This document shows positions 51,025-63,992 of a stretch of DNA of 64,000 bases, in pieces. The position numbers and the translations under genes are program-made. Every line of letters starts with the position of its first letter. The stretch's first letter is position 1. Origin of the DNA: Dimorphilus gyrociliatus (lineage: Eukaryota > Animalia > Annelida). The notes beneath the pieces were generated by a model. That model made no database searches. It saw only the letters and a list, made by a program, of their open reading frames with translations, and was not told the DNA's origin. Where the stretch lies: assembly GCA_904063045.1 (NCBI GenBank), contig CAJFCJ010000002.1:2130422-2194421 (forward strand). The letters are read 5' to 3'.

Positions 51025-52083
51025 CTAGTCTCTTCTTTGTTCTCCTGCATCCTTATGCTCGTTCTGCCTCTTCACCCAATTTATACCAGCATCACTCCAA
51101 GCTCTCTTATTCTCCGTATCACTATTACGTTTAATCCAACCTATTCCGGCGTCATGCCAAGCTTTTTTATCTGAAGCATTTTTCTTAACCCATCCAAATC
51201 CGGCATCACTCCATGCTTTTTTATTTAGATCTTTCTTTACCCATCCAATACCCGCGTCTTCCCATGCCTTCTTATCTGGAGAATTTTTTTTTACCCAGCC
51301 TATTCCAGCATCTTCCCAAGCTTTCTTATCAGCAGCGTTTTTCTTAACCCATCCAAAACCGGCATCATTCCAAGCTCTCTTATCTGAATCGTCAGATCGC
51401 TTTATCCAGCCAATTCCGGCTTCACTCCACGCCTTTTTGTCAGCTGATCGTCTCCTCCGCCTTAGCCAGTCCATACCAGCCTCATCCCAAGACCTTTTTT
51501 TCAGCCACTCTGAATTTATGTCAGCCCAATTTCTTTTCTTGAGCCAGTTACTGTTAGAATACCTCCAAGGATTCCTCTTTAGCCATTCAAACCCAGCTCC
51601 TTGCCACATGCGTCTATCCAAACTTCTTTTTACTCTTCCGTTTGAAGAAGAGGGAGTAGTTTCGACCACAATATCAATCTTTTCATTTCCCATTGGAATA
51701 GAGTAGAATTCCTCCCCGTTGTCCCCGAGGCGAACCGAAATTGCCCGAACTCGTCCGTCTACCTTAGCTTTAAACATGCCCTGATCAGTTGTAATGACAG
51801 TTACCCTACAGGTATCGGTGAAGATGTCCATAACAGAGTTCTTTATTGGGAAGCAATCCTCATTTCTGATTAAGCCTCCAATTTCTTTCTTTCCAGAACA
51901 TTCAGGCAAGTCTTTTTTTGTCAAGTCTATCCGCTCACTAACTTTACAGTCCGACGCTTCGACGCCGGTCTGAATTAGGAGGAGTAGAAGAAGTCGGAAA
52001 TATGTCATCGGGACGCTCGGTCGACGCTTTGGCGTCGGAGATTTGCGGCGTTTAACGCTTTCGAAATATACCTCCATATTCAT
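51025..52083 (-). CDS. Neuropeptide precursor with 11 W-X6-W-[L/I/V] peptides (MIP/allatostatin-B-like spacing, non-amidated)
   Basis: Uninterrupted 352-aa ORF. Signal peptide MTYFRLLLLLLIQTGVEA from Met26 (52008). Peptides flanked by KK/KR/RR sites, e.g. AWEDAGIGWV x2, AWSDAGFGWV, AWHDAGIGWI. No C-terminal Gly amide donors. Confidence 0.92.
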   Translation of the reverse strand: MNMEVYFESVKRRKSPTPKRRPSVPMTYFRLLLLLLIQTGVEASDCKVSERIDLTKKDLPECSGKKEIGGLIRNEDCFPIKNSVMDIFTDTCRVTVITTDQGMFKAKVDGRVRAISVRLGDNGEEFYSIPMGNEKIDIVVETTPSSSNGRVKRSLDRRMWQGAGFEWLKRNPWRYSNSNWLKKRNWADINSEWLKKRSWDEAGMDWLRRRRRSADKKAWSEAGIGWIKRSDDSDKRAWNDAGFGWVKKNAADKKAWEDAGIGWVKKNSPDKKAWEDAGIGWVKKDLNKKAWSDAGFGWVKKNASDKKAWHDAGIGWIKRNSDTENKRAWSDAGINWVKRQNEHKDAGEQRRD

Positions 52084-54689
52084 GAGCTAATTATCTATAC
52101 TAGCCAATGAGCGTCCTTGCGGTGGGTGGATAGTATTATAGGCCTGTCCAAACTGCTTCAAACCAAAGTCCCCACACAATTCGAGTTCTCTTATATTAAG
52201 TATTAAGTAAACTTTAACAATATGGTCAAATGAAAATTCAATTTCCTTTCTTACAAGAAAATAAGCTGTGTTAAAAAAAAAGGATGAAATATCTTGTATT
52301 AAAATCAAAATGATTAAGTTTCCTCATCTCCCTATCTCTCTCTCTCTCTCTCTCTCTGTATCACTTCTTTATTTTCTTTCTGTCTTTCTTCCTCTATTCG
52401 TCTTTTGAAGTACAAAAGTATTTTTCTTCTTTAAATGTATTTCCTTATCTATTTTCTCAACCTCACTAAACATTATCTAAACGCAACCTGTAATGGCTTT
52501 TATGAATTTAAATAGAAGACAAAAGTTTCTTTTTAGCGTAATTTAAGGATAGACAAGAGAAAATAAAGTTCTTGTAAAAAAGATAATTCTTCTAAAAATA
52601 CGAAAATATCCTTGATGACGCCAATGCTGATTTCAACAGGGAAGGAATATACATATCCCATTTGTATATTTAAAATATTTGTACTATGAAATCATATAAC
52701 TTTCCTTACATGGTAAAAAGATATTTATCATAGTCTATATTTTTTAAATATGAACTATATATATACCTAGTAAGAAGTAGCTGCAACGAATCTTATATGA
52801 AAGATTGATTAAAGGACAGATAGGCTATAAATATATATATTATACTGTATATATATTTATATATAGTATACTACATAAGGCTAAGAGACAAAGTGCATGG
52901 CAGGAGGCGTTTCTTTTTAATTCATATAGCTACATATATAGTTTCCTCCCTTTAAAAGGGAAAATATGTTAAACCAGGAAAAAATTAACGTTTTACTTCT
53001 TAAAAGGGTTATACGAAATAGTTGATTAATCTTCTTGATTATATGAACACGTGCCCTGCATTCTCGCTTAATAGAGTGAAATAAACAAGTAAACAAAATA
53101 TAACAATTAGATTATTCATGCGCACCAGCTACTTGACATACCCAAACTGTAAAAGTAAAATAATCACCATAAGACAATCAATCACGTGACTTTTAATACA
53201 TTTTCTCATAGATCAACAGTCCCTCTCGACGCCAATGTTTGCATAGGATACTGTTTTTACCCTTATGCTATTAAGTGCATTGTATAAAAATGTATTTATA
53301 TAAGTTCTTTATCAACTCTGCAAAATTTTTCCTTTAATTATAGAGATATAGAAGAAGTGAAGACTCTTTCACCAAACACGTCTTGTTCATTTCCTTGAAG
53401 AATTATATATTTGGTGCCATCTGTCTGTCATAAAATTAGGTGATAAAAAAAATGCCAGATGACAACATGTACTTTTGAAATGACAAAATATAAGAAAAAT
53501 TAGCCCTGAGGGTCTTTCTAAAAGCTAGGCTCTATATGATATTATCAATAGACGCTTGAGTTGCTCTTCTAATGCGAGTTGGGAAAAAACGTAACTGTAG
53601 ATATTAAAGTTTTTTGTTATACAATTTTATTCACATTTTTACAAGTACGTTATTATTTTTAGAATAAATCTAAAGTTTCTTTAAAGGAATATGATCTTAC
53701 TGTCAAAATATAACCTTTGATGTCACAGTATTATATAACTTTGTAATTCTATCCAATAATTATATAGTTTTCTATTTATTTTCTATATTTGATACTAATT
53801 TTAAAGTATTAACTTGAAGTAAACTTATTATTAGTATTACATATATAGATAACAACAGCACGTGTACATCTACTTGGTATACATGCGTTGTATTAATGTT
53901 AATATACGCGTAGGTGTGCGTATATGTGTAATATAGATAGAGGAATAGAGGATGAGAGATGTATAAATTTATATATACATATATACATATGGCGCCATCT
54001 ACTTGATATTCATGTGGGTAGAGTTTTTAATTTAAATAAAAAACGGTTGTCTAGTAGAGGGATCGTTTTCAAAGGGGATTCTAGCTATGTTATAGGATAG
54101 AATATATATAATTAAGAAATTTAATAATACAGTATTATATCGACTGACATACTATAATGTAATTTATAGCAAATATAGATTTTTCTTTAATTTAAAACCA
54201 AACTGTGGAAATAGTGGAAATTGGTAGAGAAAGTAATTAGAAGAGATAGAGTGAAGAGAAGAGGAGGTGGACGGAAAAAAGGGTTAAAGTTTGATATAAA
54301 AGTAAATTTTCCAGGTCATTTGTAAATCAATATGATATGAATTACAAATTAGTTAACAGTTAAAGTATATTTGCTATACATTAGTGCGTGTCATGTATCA
54401 AATTTCTGATCAATTGAATTAGATGTTACAAAGTAGGTAGAGCAGCTGTTTCTTTCTCCTTTGAGTATTAAGGAAATAGCTGATAGAGTGGTGAATTGAT
54501 GATGGTTACATTTTTGACTTCGTTAAATAACACCATAGAAACAAAGTTGACCTTTCAAACTTCAAACAATCGAACCGCCAAAATTGTCCTTCACCTTAAC
54601 ATGGTAACTAAGCCACGCCTACTTATCGCAACGTAGGTGTTTACGGCGCTATAAAAATATACTAGTAGTAAAATACGGGTGAAAGCGGC

Positions 54690-55135
54690 TATTGATCACG
54701 TGTCAAAATTTGGGAGGGCGCTGCTAGCACAAACAAAGAAATTTCAGCAGAGTTTCTTGGACCGCCAACTCGACATCAAATTTGATTTAGATAAATAAAT
54801 CGCGGGAAACTTATAACTTTTTTATAATTTATCACTTGATCATCGCAAACTGTTGGCAAAAGCTGTAAAAAGAAAAATAATTTACGTCCTAAATTTCGCG
54901 CGGTGGATAGACGGCGAATGTGATGTTCTGTCAGCTGTGAATCGTCCATTTTGACGAGGATTGACGCTGTCTATATCAGGTAACTTCTTTTGTATTGGTC
55001 GGTCGTAATTTGCATAAAATTATAAAGACTGACAGCTAACTATACTTTCTGATTGGTACAAAGCTCGATTTGGCGCTTTTAATGCTGTTGAATATTTTAA
55101 CTAATAGCACAAAAATTGGCTATAAAAACGAGTAG
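54690..55135 (+). promoter_or_regulatory. PKNOX upstream region with CCAAT boxes, TGACAG sites and TATA-like box
   Basis: CpG-richer island. CACGTG 54697-54702, CTGTCA 54928-54933, AGACTGACAG 55026-55035, ATTGG at about 54994, 55052 and 55115, TATAAAA 55121-55127. Confidence 0.55.
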
Positions 55136-55444
55136 TGATCTTTTGTTATTTCAAGCGAAATTGCTTTAAAACGAGCATCATTGTAGGCCTATCTATTGAA
55201 ACTAATAACATAGTCGCTTAAATATTCCGCCTAGATTGTTCTCTAATTGAATATGGTTTGTTCCATACATAAACATAGACAAAATGGAAAAATTACATTC
55301 TTAATTACTTTCGGCTTTAAACTGTTTGTTCATATTAAATTTCTTCTCGAATTCTTCTCTTACTTAAACAAAGTAAAAGAACTTTTTAATAAACTAAAGA
55401 AAAAGTAACTAGATATTCATAAAATGTTCCTTTTTGTAGTTAAA

Positions 55445-56665
55445 ATGCAAGCTCCTGCTAGCAATCTTGGATTGCCTTTATATACAACAACTACTCATTA
55501 TGTTCCAAGTAGCGTTCAAATTGATTATGCACAATTGGCACAAGTTCAGATGATTCAAGCCACACCCCAATTGCAACCAATTCATGCCATGACTGCAACA
55601 ACAGTATCGAATGCAAATCAGCAGATAAGTAATCAAGTTATTCATTCAAAAGACCTTAAAGTCAGCGATGAAGATAAGAGTAAAATTTTAAAACATCCTC
55701 TCCTACAATTGGTTGGACTGTTGTTAGAAAAGTGCGAAAGTTCGACCAATAGTGAAAATTGGCCGAACTCAGCATCAGTAAACGAAGCAATTGGTGAATT
55801 TATAAGGCAACACGCAGAGAATGGAGCCGATGTTCAAAAATGTTTTACAACCGATGATGCCGATTTAGATGACATAATGATGGACGCTATTCAAGTTTTA
55901 CGAATACATTTATTCGAACTAGAAAAGGTTAATGAACTATGCCAAGACTTTTGTTCAAGATATACGTCGTGTTTAAAAGGTAAATTAAAAAGTTCCAAGC
56001 TACTCAAATCAGACGACGAAGACGAAGACGACGACCCAACTCCTTCCGTTTCTGCCGCTACTAATACTATTTATCAAATGGTGCAAACTGCTCAGGGCCT
56101 TGTCGCCCAACCAATAAGTGTTCAGCAGAATATGGCGAATGCTGACCTACAATCTTCACTGCTCGATGATAAAGATAAAAAGAGGGGTGTCTTACCAAAG
56201 AGTGCAACGCAAATAATGAAAACCTGGCTATTTCAACATATAGTGGTAAATTATTCTTTTGTCCTACTCAATACAAAAACCAGCTATTATATTCTCATTT
56301 CTTTCCTATTAGCATCCATATCCAACCGAAGAAGAAAAAAGGCAAATAGCCGCTCAAACCAATTTAACTTTATTACAAGTAAACAACTGGTTTATAAACG
56401 CCCGCCGAAGAATTTTACAGCCTATGCTTGACTCCTCCGACAGTAAACAACCCACGCAGAAAAAGAAAACCCCAGCCACTCAATCAAGGCCTCAAAGATT
56501 TTGGCCTGATAAATTAGCCAATTTGCGACAGTCCGTAAGTTACAAAATCGATAAAATTAACTCTGATTTTTATAAGATCTTTTTTTTTTCCAGTTTTCAG
56601 AATCGAATGGAAATGATTTAATATCTGAAGATTTAGAGAGTAAACTCGACAATGAATACGTCTAG
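55445..56665 (+). CDS. PKNOX1: TALE homeobox PKNOX/Prep
   Basis: MEIS domain [41 protein letters not shown]; homeodomain [22 protein letters not shown]|[40 protein letters not shown]; Prep-type RPQRFWP. Introns 56247-56311 and 56535-56593. ATG 55445 preferred because an acceptor lies at 55438-55439. The symbol denotes the orthology group. Confidence 0.93.
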
Positions 56666-57905
56666 TTGCTTAAATATAGCAATAAAACTATCGAGGACAT
56701 CCTGCAAATTATACAATAAACAATTTACTAAAAAAGAAACTAAAGTATTACTTTTTTAGAGTTAAGGATATTTCTCTCTCTCTCTCTCTCTCTCTTTCTT
56801 TCAAATTCTGAGCATTACTTCATTACTTCCTCTTTAAGTAAATTTTACTTGAATGATTATTTTTGTATTGAAAGATTTAGTTGATTTTTGTGCAGTGCTC
56901 TTTATTAAAACCGTTTAAAAATGGTACATTTCAAAAACTTTTCTCTCATTTAAAAAGATATCAAACTTATGCATCTTAATTAAAGTTACTTATCTCAATA
57001 ATAACATAAATCAGTATTATTATTCTATAAATCTTTTCGAAACGAAATGAGTTTAGTGTATATTGTTTGTCTTTTTTTGGCTTAAAGTATACAGTTTATT
57101 GTTTGTCTCCAATAAAGTGCTTACGCATGTTTTTTTTTTATACAAATATAAAATATATTAAGAATAAAAAAAAAAGGAAAAAGAGTTTATTAAAAAAAAA
57201 AAGACTTTACTTCCGATTTACGTTTCTCAGCGGTTTTTTTTCAATCTGAATGAAAAGAAAAAAGAAGTTTTTAACATAATATTGTATAATAAATGTTACT
57301 TATGTTTAACTACTATACAACATACGGTTTAATTATTTTGTTTAACCATCTTTTTAAAATATTCTTTGACTTTTTCGATTTAAAAGCGTTACTCTGATTT
57401 GTATTCACATCCTTGATAAGAAGTAAAAATTACTATGCTTAGAATATCATGGTGATCTCTATATTTTTTCATTATTCTCCCTAGGCCAATTCTTAGGGAA
57501 CAATGTTTACAAATTAGATATATTAGACTATTAATTATTCGTAAAGATCCTATATCATAAATGAATACATTATTAGAAACTATGTAAAATTATAAATTTA
57601 TAGACGTATAAAGTTTCTCCCCTGTTTAAATGTTATTTAAAGAAAAATTATCAATGACAGAAAGAGTTTGCGAAGAAATTCACTACAAGAAACTCTCTAG
57701 TGCAGAAAAACTAAGAAGAGAGAATTGGAAGATATAGAGAATAATGAAAAGATTCATATAGAATTCTGTATTAACACAAAGCAAATAAGAAAAGAAAATA
57801 AAAAATGAAATAAAAGATAAAAATTCATCTTTTTTTATTATTATTAATTTTAAATAAAAAATAGGGATGACGATTTGAGAATTATGTTTGTTGACAAATT
57901 CCTAT

Positions 57906-60900
57906 TTAAGTACGTTGGTTGGAAATTGATATTTTTTCTCTTATGAAGTGGTCTCTTATTTCGAAGGCTTTTTTTTTTGAATATGAACCGTTAAAATTCT
58001 TCAAAAATAGAACATTTGGTATATTTGAAATTCTTAAGATCTTACCTTAGGTGATTTTGGCGTTGTGCCAGCTGGTCTCGAGCGTTTCTTTTTAGGTGTA
58101 AAATTAATGTCGAAGCTAATATTTTCTTTAAGTTTTGTCTGTTTTTTAAATAGAAAAAGAATTATTAAACATCTATTAATTGACTATAAGAGAGATATTA
58201 AAAGAGAAAATTTATAATTATGTTTTCTTCGGAAACTGTTAAATAGTATAGGATGTGTTTTTTTTTTTAAATGTTCCATATTTTTCCGTTTTTCAAATGT
58301 TGAAATATTGACGTTGAAGCTATATTGATTAAGCGAATCAGATAAAACTAAAATTATTTTGCTATACAACATCTAGATTACTAGCTTACAAACTAACCCA
58401 TAAATTGTTCGAGGAAACTACCTTATCAGCGGGTGACTTCTGCTTTGGTGATCTAAGTGCAGCCGCTCGCCTGGGAGATAAAACTGGGCTATTCATTAAT
58501 CTTGATGTTGCTAAAACTCTGTATTTTGGGGATTTTTTCTTTGTTTTTGTAGGCGGTTTTGGAACGGCAAATCCTTTAGCCACACTTTTTCTTCTCGGAT
58601 CTGATAAATCGTTATTGAATTCAGCGCTTAATCCCATTTGAGTTTCCACTGGATAAGACGTTCTTAAATGAGGTAAACATAAAGTGTTTCTCCGGGACAA
58701 TTCTGACAATCGACTGTCATCTTCCTGAGGGAACGATTCCTTCGCTGCCCTGTCTAAGCTTTCCTCATCAAGAACACCGAATTGCAACTGTTCCGGCTCG
58801 TCTTCGGAATTAAACAAAGGTCCCAATCCTTTAGTAGATGCAGTTAATGGATTTGAAGTGTAGGTAGTATTAAGTTTTGGTGACGTATCAACTAAAGTGT
58901 CAAGAAGCATTAAATAAATAACAATTTAGCGTGGAAATTTTATTTACCCGAAAGAGACGTTTTCGAAACTGTTCGATCAATTGAACTATCCACTACGCTA
59001 CTTTTTTCAAGTTCCTCAAATTTCTCACCTGTTTATTATATAACAATAGATTTTAAAAACAAGCGGATTTGTTTTAAATTTTGTTAGTAGATAGGACTAA
59101 TTAGTCAAAAGAGTAACATACGTAAATATGAACAATTCTCCCTTTCGGTACTTAGTTCATTTCTTAGTTTTTCAATAACCATATTTTTATTGGCAATTTC
59201 ATCCTTATACAAATTCATTTTTTTTGTATTTTCATTAAATAGCTCATCAGATTCCTTTGTGGACTTTGATAATTTCACCAATTCTTTATTTAATCTACTT
59301 CTTGTTTCGTTTAACTCATTCTAAATTGAAAGAAATATATGTAAAATAAGAGTAAATATAAATATTAACAATAGATTTTAAAAGGGGGAAAGCCAAGTTA
59401 AAGAATGCGAAATAATACCTTCAGTTTTGTCTCTTTATTATTAAGGATTTCAATTCTATTTCGCATGACTGATTTTTCCTTATCATCTGCCTCATGAAGT
59501 CGTCGCAAATCATCGTTATTCTTTTCAATATTCTTTATTTTTGTTTGGCATGTTTCCAATTCTTTCCTTAAAGCGTTTCTTTGTACTTCTATTTGATTCT
59601 GTTTTGTTTTTAAATTTTAAATGAAGCTTACCGGCCACTAGTTATTTTATTACTGTACTTACTAATTTACGATCATAGCTAGCAACCTCTTCTCTTCTCT
59701 TTCGATTAACACTCTCTACTTCTAAGGCCATACTTCCCTCTTTCCTAAAATTAATTTCAGCGTTAGCATCACTTATTTGTTGTTCTAGGGCCTCGATTGT
59801 AAGTTCTCTTTCGACGATTTCAGCATGCAATTCAGAAATAATATCAGCTTTCGATATCATTTCGTTAGTTAAAGATGAAATTTCCTCCTTATAAAGTTCG
59901 TTTTTCTCATCTGTTTCTTTCTTGTCATTTTCAAGCCGTTTATTAGAGTCAGTTAATTCTGAATTTGTTTCTTTCAATTTTTCAATTTTTACGTGAAGTT
60001 CAATTTTTTCCTTTCGAACATGCTCACTCTCCGTCTTATATGTATTGGCTATATCTTTATATTTGGTGACAACCTTATCGCTGCTCTCCAATTCTACAAC
60101 AAGATTCTTCATCTTCTGTTTTGTTTCGTCAAGTACTTTAACCATTTCCTCTTTTTCTTTTTCAATAATATCTAACTTATTAACTAAATCGGAAATTTGA
60201 CGATGATGTTCTTCTCTTTTCATTTCCGCTTCAGTCTTCAATTCCTTCACTTCATTTTTAAGTGACACACATTGGCTTTGAGATTGATCTAATTGTTCCA
60301 TTCTCTCCTCGCTGGTTTTACGATGCACTTCAACTTGACTTCTTAATTCATCGATATTAGTTTGCTTTTCAATAAGAATTTTTTCCAATTCTTCTTTTTG
60401 TTGTTTTAAATTCGTCTCTATCTTTTCTAACGCTTCAATTTCTGTATCTTTAGCTTTCGTAATGTTATCTACTGTGCTATCCCTAGCTTTCGAGATCTCG
60501 TCGATTTCTTTATCCTTAGCTTTCAAGATCTCAGCTATTTCGTTATCTTTTTCTTTGATTTGTACGTATAATTGTTCAAGTTGAGAATTAATTTTAGAAC
60601 GCTTTTCTTCTATATCAACTTTAAGATTGTTAAGCTCATTTAGTGAAAATTGTAGATGGGCAATTGTATCATCCTTCTGTTGCAAAGTAGACAAAAAGGA
60701 GTGTATTTGACCATTAAGGGAGTCGATTTTTTCATCCTTATCAGTGGCGTCTTTTATCAACTTATTAAATTCCTTATCATTTGTGTCTATCTCGGCCTGA
60801 AAACAGTCAGAAAGATAAGTATTGACTTTAAGAAAATATATCTAGACAAACCTTTAGTTTTTCAATTTCCTCATCCTTTTCATTGGCTGATAAATGTAAT

Positions 60901-63900
60901 TCTGTTATTTGTTTACCCAAGTATTCTAAGCGGCTTATCTGTTGGTTATTTTCTTCTTGGGTAGATGTCAAGAGAGCTTCAGTTTGAGCAAAAACAGCAG
61001 TCTTCTCTCGTAATTGTTCAACCATTTGAGCCATTTCTTCCTCCATATCATCAACTGAAGCGATATGCTCTTTTTTCTGGTTTTCAATGGTTTCGTTCAT
61101 GGTGTTGATTTTTTCGTCTTTCTTCTTAGATTGAATTTCAAGACTTTCAATAATCTTCTCTTTCTCAGCAACATCATTATGTAGACAATGCAAATCTTCA
61201 AGAGTACTTGTCTGTTTGTCTTGTAGCGCTCGCAGCGACTGTTCATTAGCTGCACTCTCCATCTCATACTTTTCACTAATATTCATTATCTCCTGACGTA
61301 GTGTTTCGACTAAAGTCTCCTTTTTTCTCAACTCGTCGCTTTTGCTTTCAATGACGTAATTTAAATCACTGATAACAGTCTCTATTTCCGTTAAGTTTGA
61401 ATCTTTTTCTTTTAGAATATCGACATTATCTTTTATAATTTTCTCTTTTCTTGTCAATTCGTTTGTAGCTGCGTTATGCTGTTCTTTAAGTTGTGCCAAT
61501 TCTTCTTGTATACTCTCTATAACGCTCACTTTATCACACAGCTGGCTGTCCCTTTCTTTTATTTCTTTCTCGAAATTGTCTTTCATTTCCTTGTTTTCCT
61601 TATTGATATTTTCACAACGATCACTGTAAAGCTTTACTTGATTCTCCAAATCTTTTTTGAGAACGCAACCTTCTTCTCTGGTAATCTCTAGCTTATTTAA
61701 AATATCAGTTTTAATTTTGTAAAGATTATCCCTCTCCTCCGCAATGTTTTTAAGGTTCTTATCAAGGATCTGCTGAGCTTCTAAGAGTCCCTCGATTCTT
61801 ATCAATAAATCTTTATTTTCTTTAACAAATTCTTTGTTTTTATTATTTAGATTTGCCTTTTCGTCAAGTAGATTTCTTACTGTTACATTTAATTTTTCAA
61901 TTGTTTCTTCCAAAGATACTTGTTTTTTGGTGAATTCATCTTTTTCGAAAACTAGCTTTTCTTTTAAAGATTTCTCTTCCGCTTGCCACTTTACAGAATT
62001 ACTATTAATTAGAGCTATATGTTCATTCAACTTTCCTTTCAGTTGATCTATTTCAGTTGTGGACTTTAAAACAACATTTTCAAGTTCTTGTTGTAAGTCT
62101 TGCTTTTGACCTTCAAGAACTTGAATTTCGGCAGTGGATTTTTCAAGTTTGTCTTCTACCGATTTCTTTACAATTTGTAAATTCTCGACAAGTTTTTCAG
62201 CGTCTTCTAAAGACTTTTGGTGATCGTCTACAGTTGCTTGAAGCTCTAATATCCAAAATGATTTATTTTTTATGTCGTTGTGGAGTCCTTCGATATCCGA
62301 CTTATACTTCATCGTTTGTTCACGATTCTCTTCAACAGATTTCTTTAAATCTTTTTGAACCAGATTCAAGTCGACAAGTAGATTCTCTGCTTTAGCTTCC
62401 TTCGATTGAAGATCTTTAGTCAGATCTTCAACCTTTTTCGCCAAATCAGAATTCTGTTTTCCCAAATTAGCAATTTGGGAATCGTAATTTGTGAGATTTC
62501 CTTTAAGCTCCTGGATTGTTATTTCTTTGTCTTCTATCTGACATTTATTGCTCTCTAAAACGATTGTCATGCTCTCGATTGCTTCACTAAGCATTTCCGA
62601 TTTTTTACGCTCACAGTTGATTTCTTCATTAAGACTATCTAGAGTGACGCTAACGTTTGATTTAAATGTTTCAAGTTCTTTAATGGTATCGTTTAAAGAT
62701 TTGTTGACCAATTGCAGTTCTTTAACATTATTCTCTGAACCTTTAAAATTTTCGTAACATTCTTCATAAACTTGTTTAATCTTTTCGTATTCGCTTTCTT
62801 TTTCAGTAATTTTGTCCGCTAATTCGTCTCTTTCTTCTTCCAACTCATCGATTCTCTCCATAAGATTTCTTTCGACAATAACTTCGCCCAAGTTCTCACC
62901 AGATTCATCTTTCTGTCTAGAGTAGAAAAAGTCAGATGAATCCATTTTTGTTCGTAAATCGGCAATTTGTTCTTTTTGATATTCTATTTCTTTTTGCTGA
63001 ATATCTAACTGTTTCAAAAGTGACATTTTTTCCTCTAGAAACTTTTCTTCATAGTTATTAACTTCGCGCTTGTGTGTTGAAACATTGATAGCATTGACTG
63101 AAAAATCTTTTAACTCGATTTCCAATTTTCTTACTTTTTTCTTTAGCTCTTCCAACTGGTTTAAGAGTTTTGAATTTTCTTCACTAAGCTGGTCATTATC
63201 CTTGGCCAAACCGATAGAATTTCTGGTTAGCTCTTTACACTTAGACTCAGCCTCAAACGCTCGTGTTATATAAGCTTGCATCGATTCTTCTTTACCGTTC
63301 TTAAATTCTTCGATTTGTTCTTCCAAAATAAAATGGCGAGTTTTTAATGTTTCAAGCTCATTCTGTAAGATATTTATACGGCTGTCTTTTTGTTTAATAT
63401 TGGATGAATCTCTTTCCGAGTCAATTTCTAAATCATATACTCTGTCGAGAGCTTCTGTTAATTGCCTTTTTAAACGTCTTATCTCGTGTTCTCTTTCGTT
63501 AATTTCCAATTTCGAGACTATATGTGGACTTTTCATTAACTGATTGACAGGTGAAGCTGCTGCTATAGAATTTGAAAATACATGAGTACTAGGAGTTCCG
63601 TAGTTTCGTGTCGTATTCATAAACACATAAGGTTCTCGACAAGGAGTCACACCTGTAGGATAGTCAATAATTAAGCTAATTGAATACTTATCATTGGTAT
63701 GATCAAGTTTGTTACGCTATTACAATAGTAAAATTTATTAAATAAACAATTGATTATTCTATTGTTTTTCAATGGCTCTTAGTTTGCGTCGATAGAAAGT
63801 TTTTAGATCTATTGTTTTAAAAGGCATCTCAAGCAAGCATCTTACTTGGCATTGAATTTAGAGCTGAATAATGTCTCACAGCCGCTGGACATGTTCTGCT

Positions 63901-63992
63901 TCGCTCTGGAGATCCTTGATGATCCTCATGAACTGGCGTAGAAGTTGACAATGGTCGAGAGTCGTTTACAGAATTATAATGATTAATGTAAG
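57906..63992 (-). CDS. NUMA1: NuMA/Mud-like coiled-coil spindle protein, 5' end outside the window
   Basis: More than 1300 aa of coiled coil (ORFs 60828-63650, 59642-60760), then RLSELSRRNTLCLPHLRTSYPVETQ (NuMA C-terminal motif type), S/T-P-x-K/R sites and a basic tail FDINFTPKKKRSR. The last exon (stop 57906) is tentative. Confidence 0.8.

Noticed and set aside
59600-59665. Apparent 6-nt micro-exon (TAG|TGGCCG|GTAAGC) in a NuMA intron
   Set aside because: The upstream intron would be only about 25 nt; a single intron of about 66 nt gives a clean frame.
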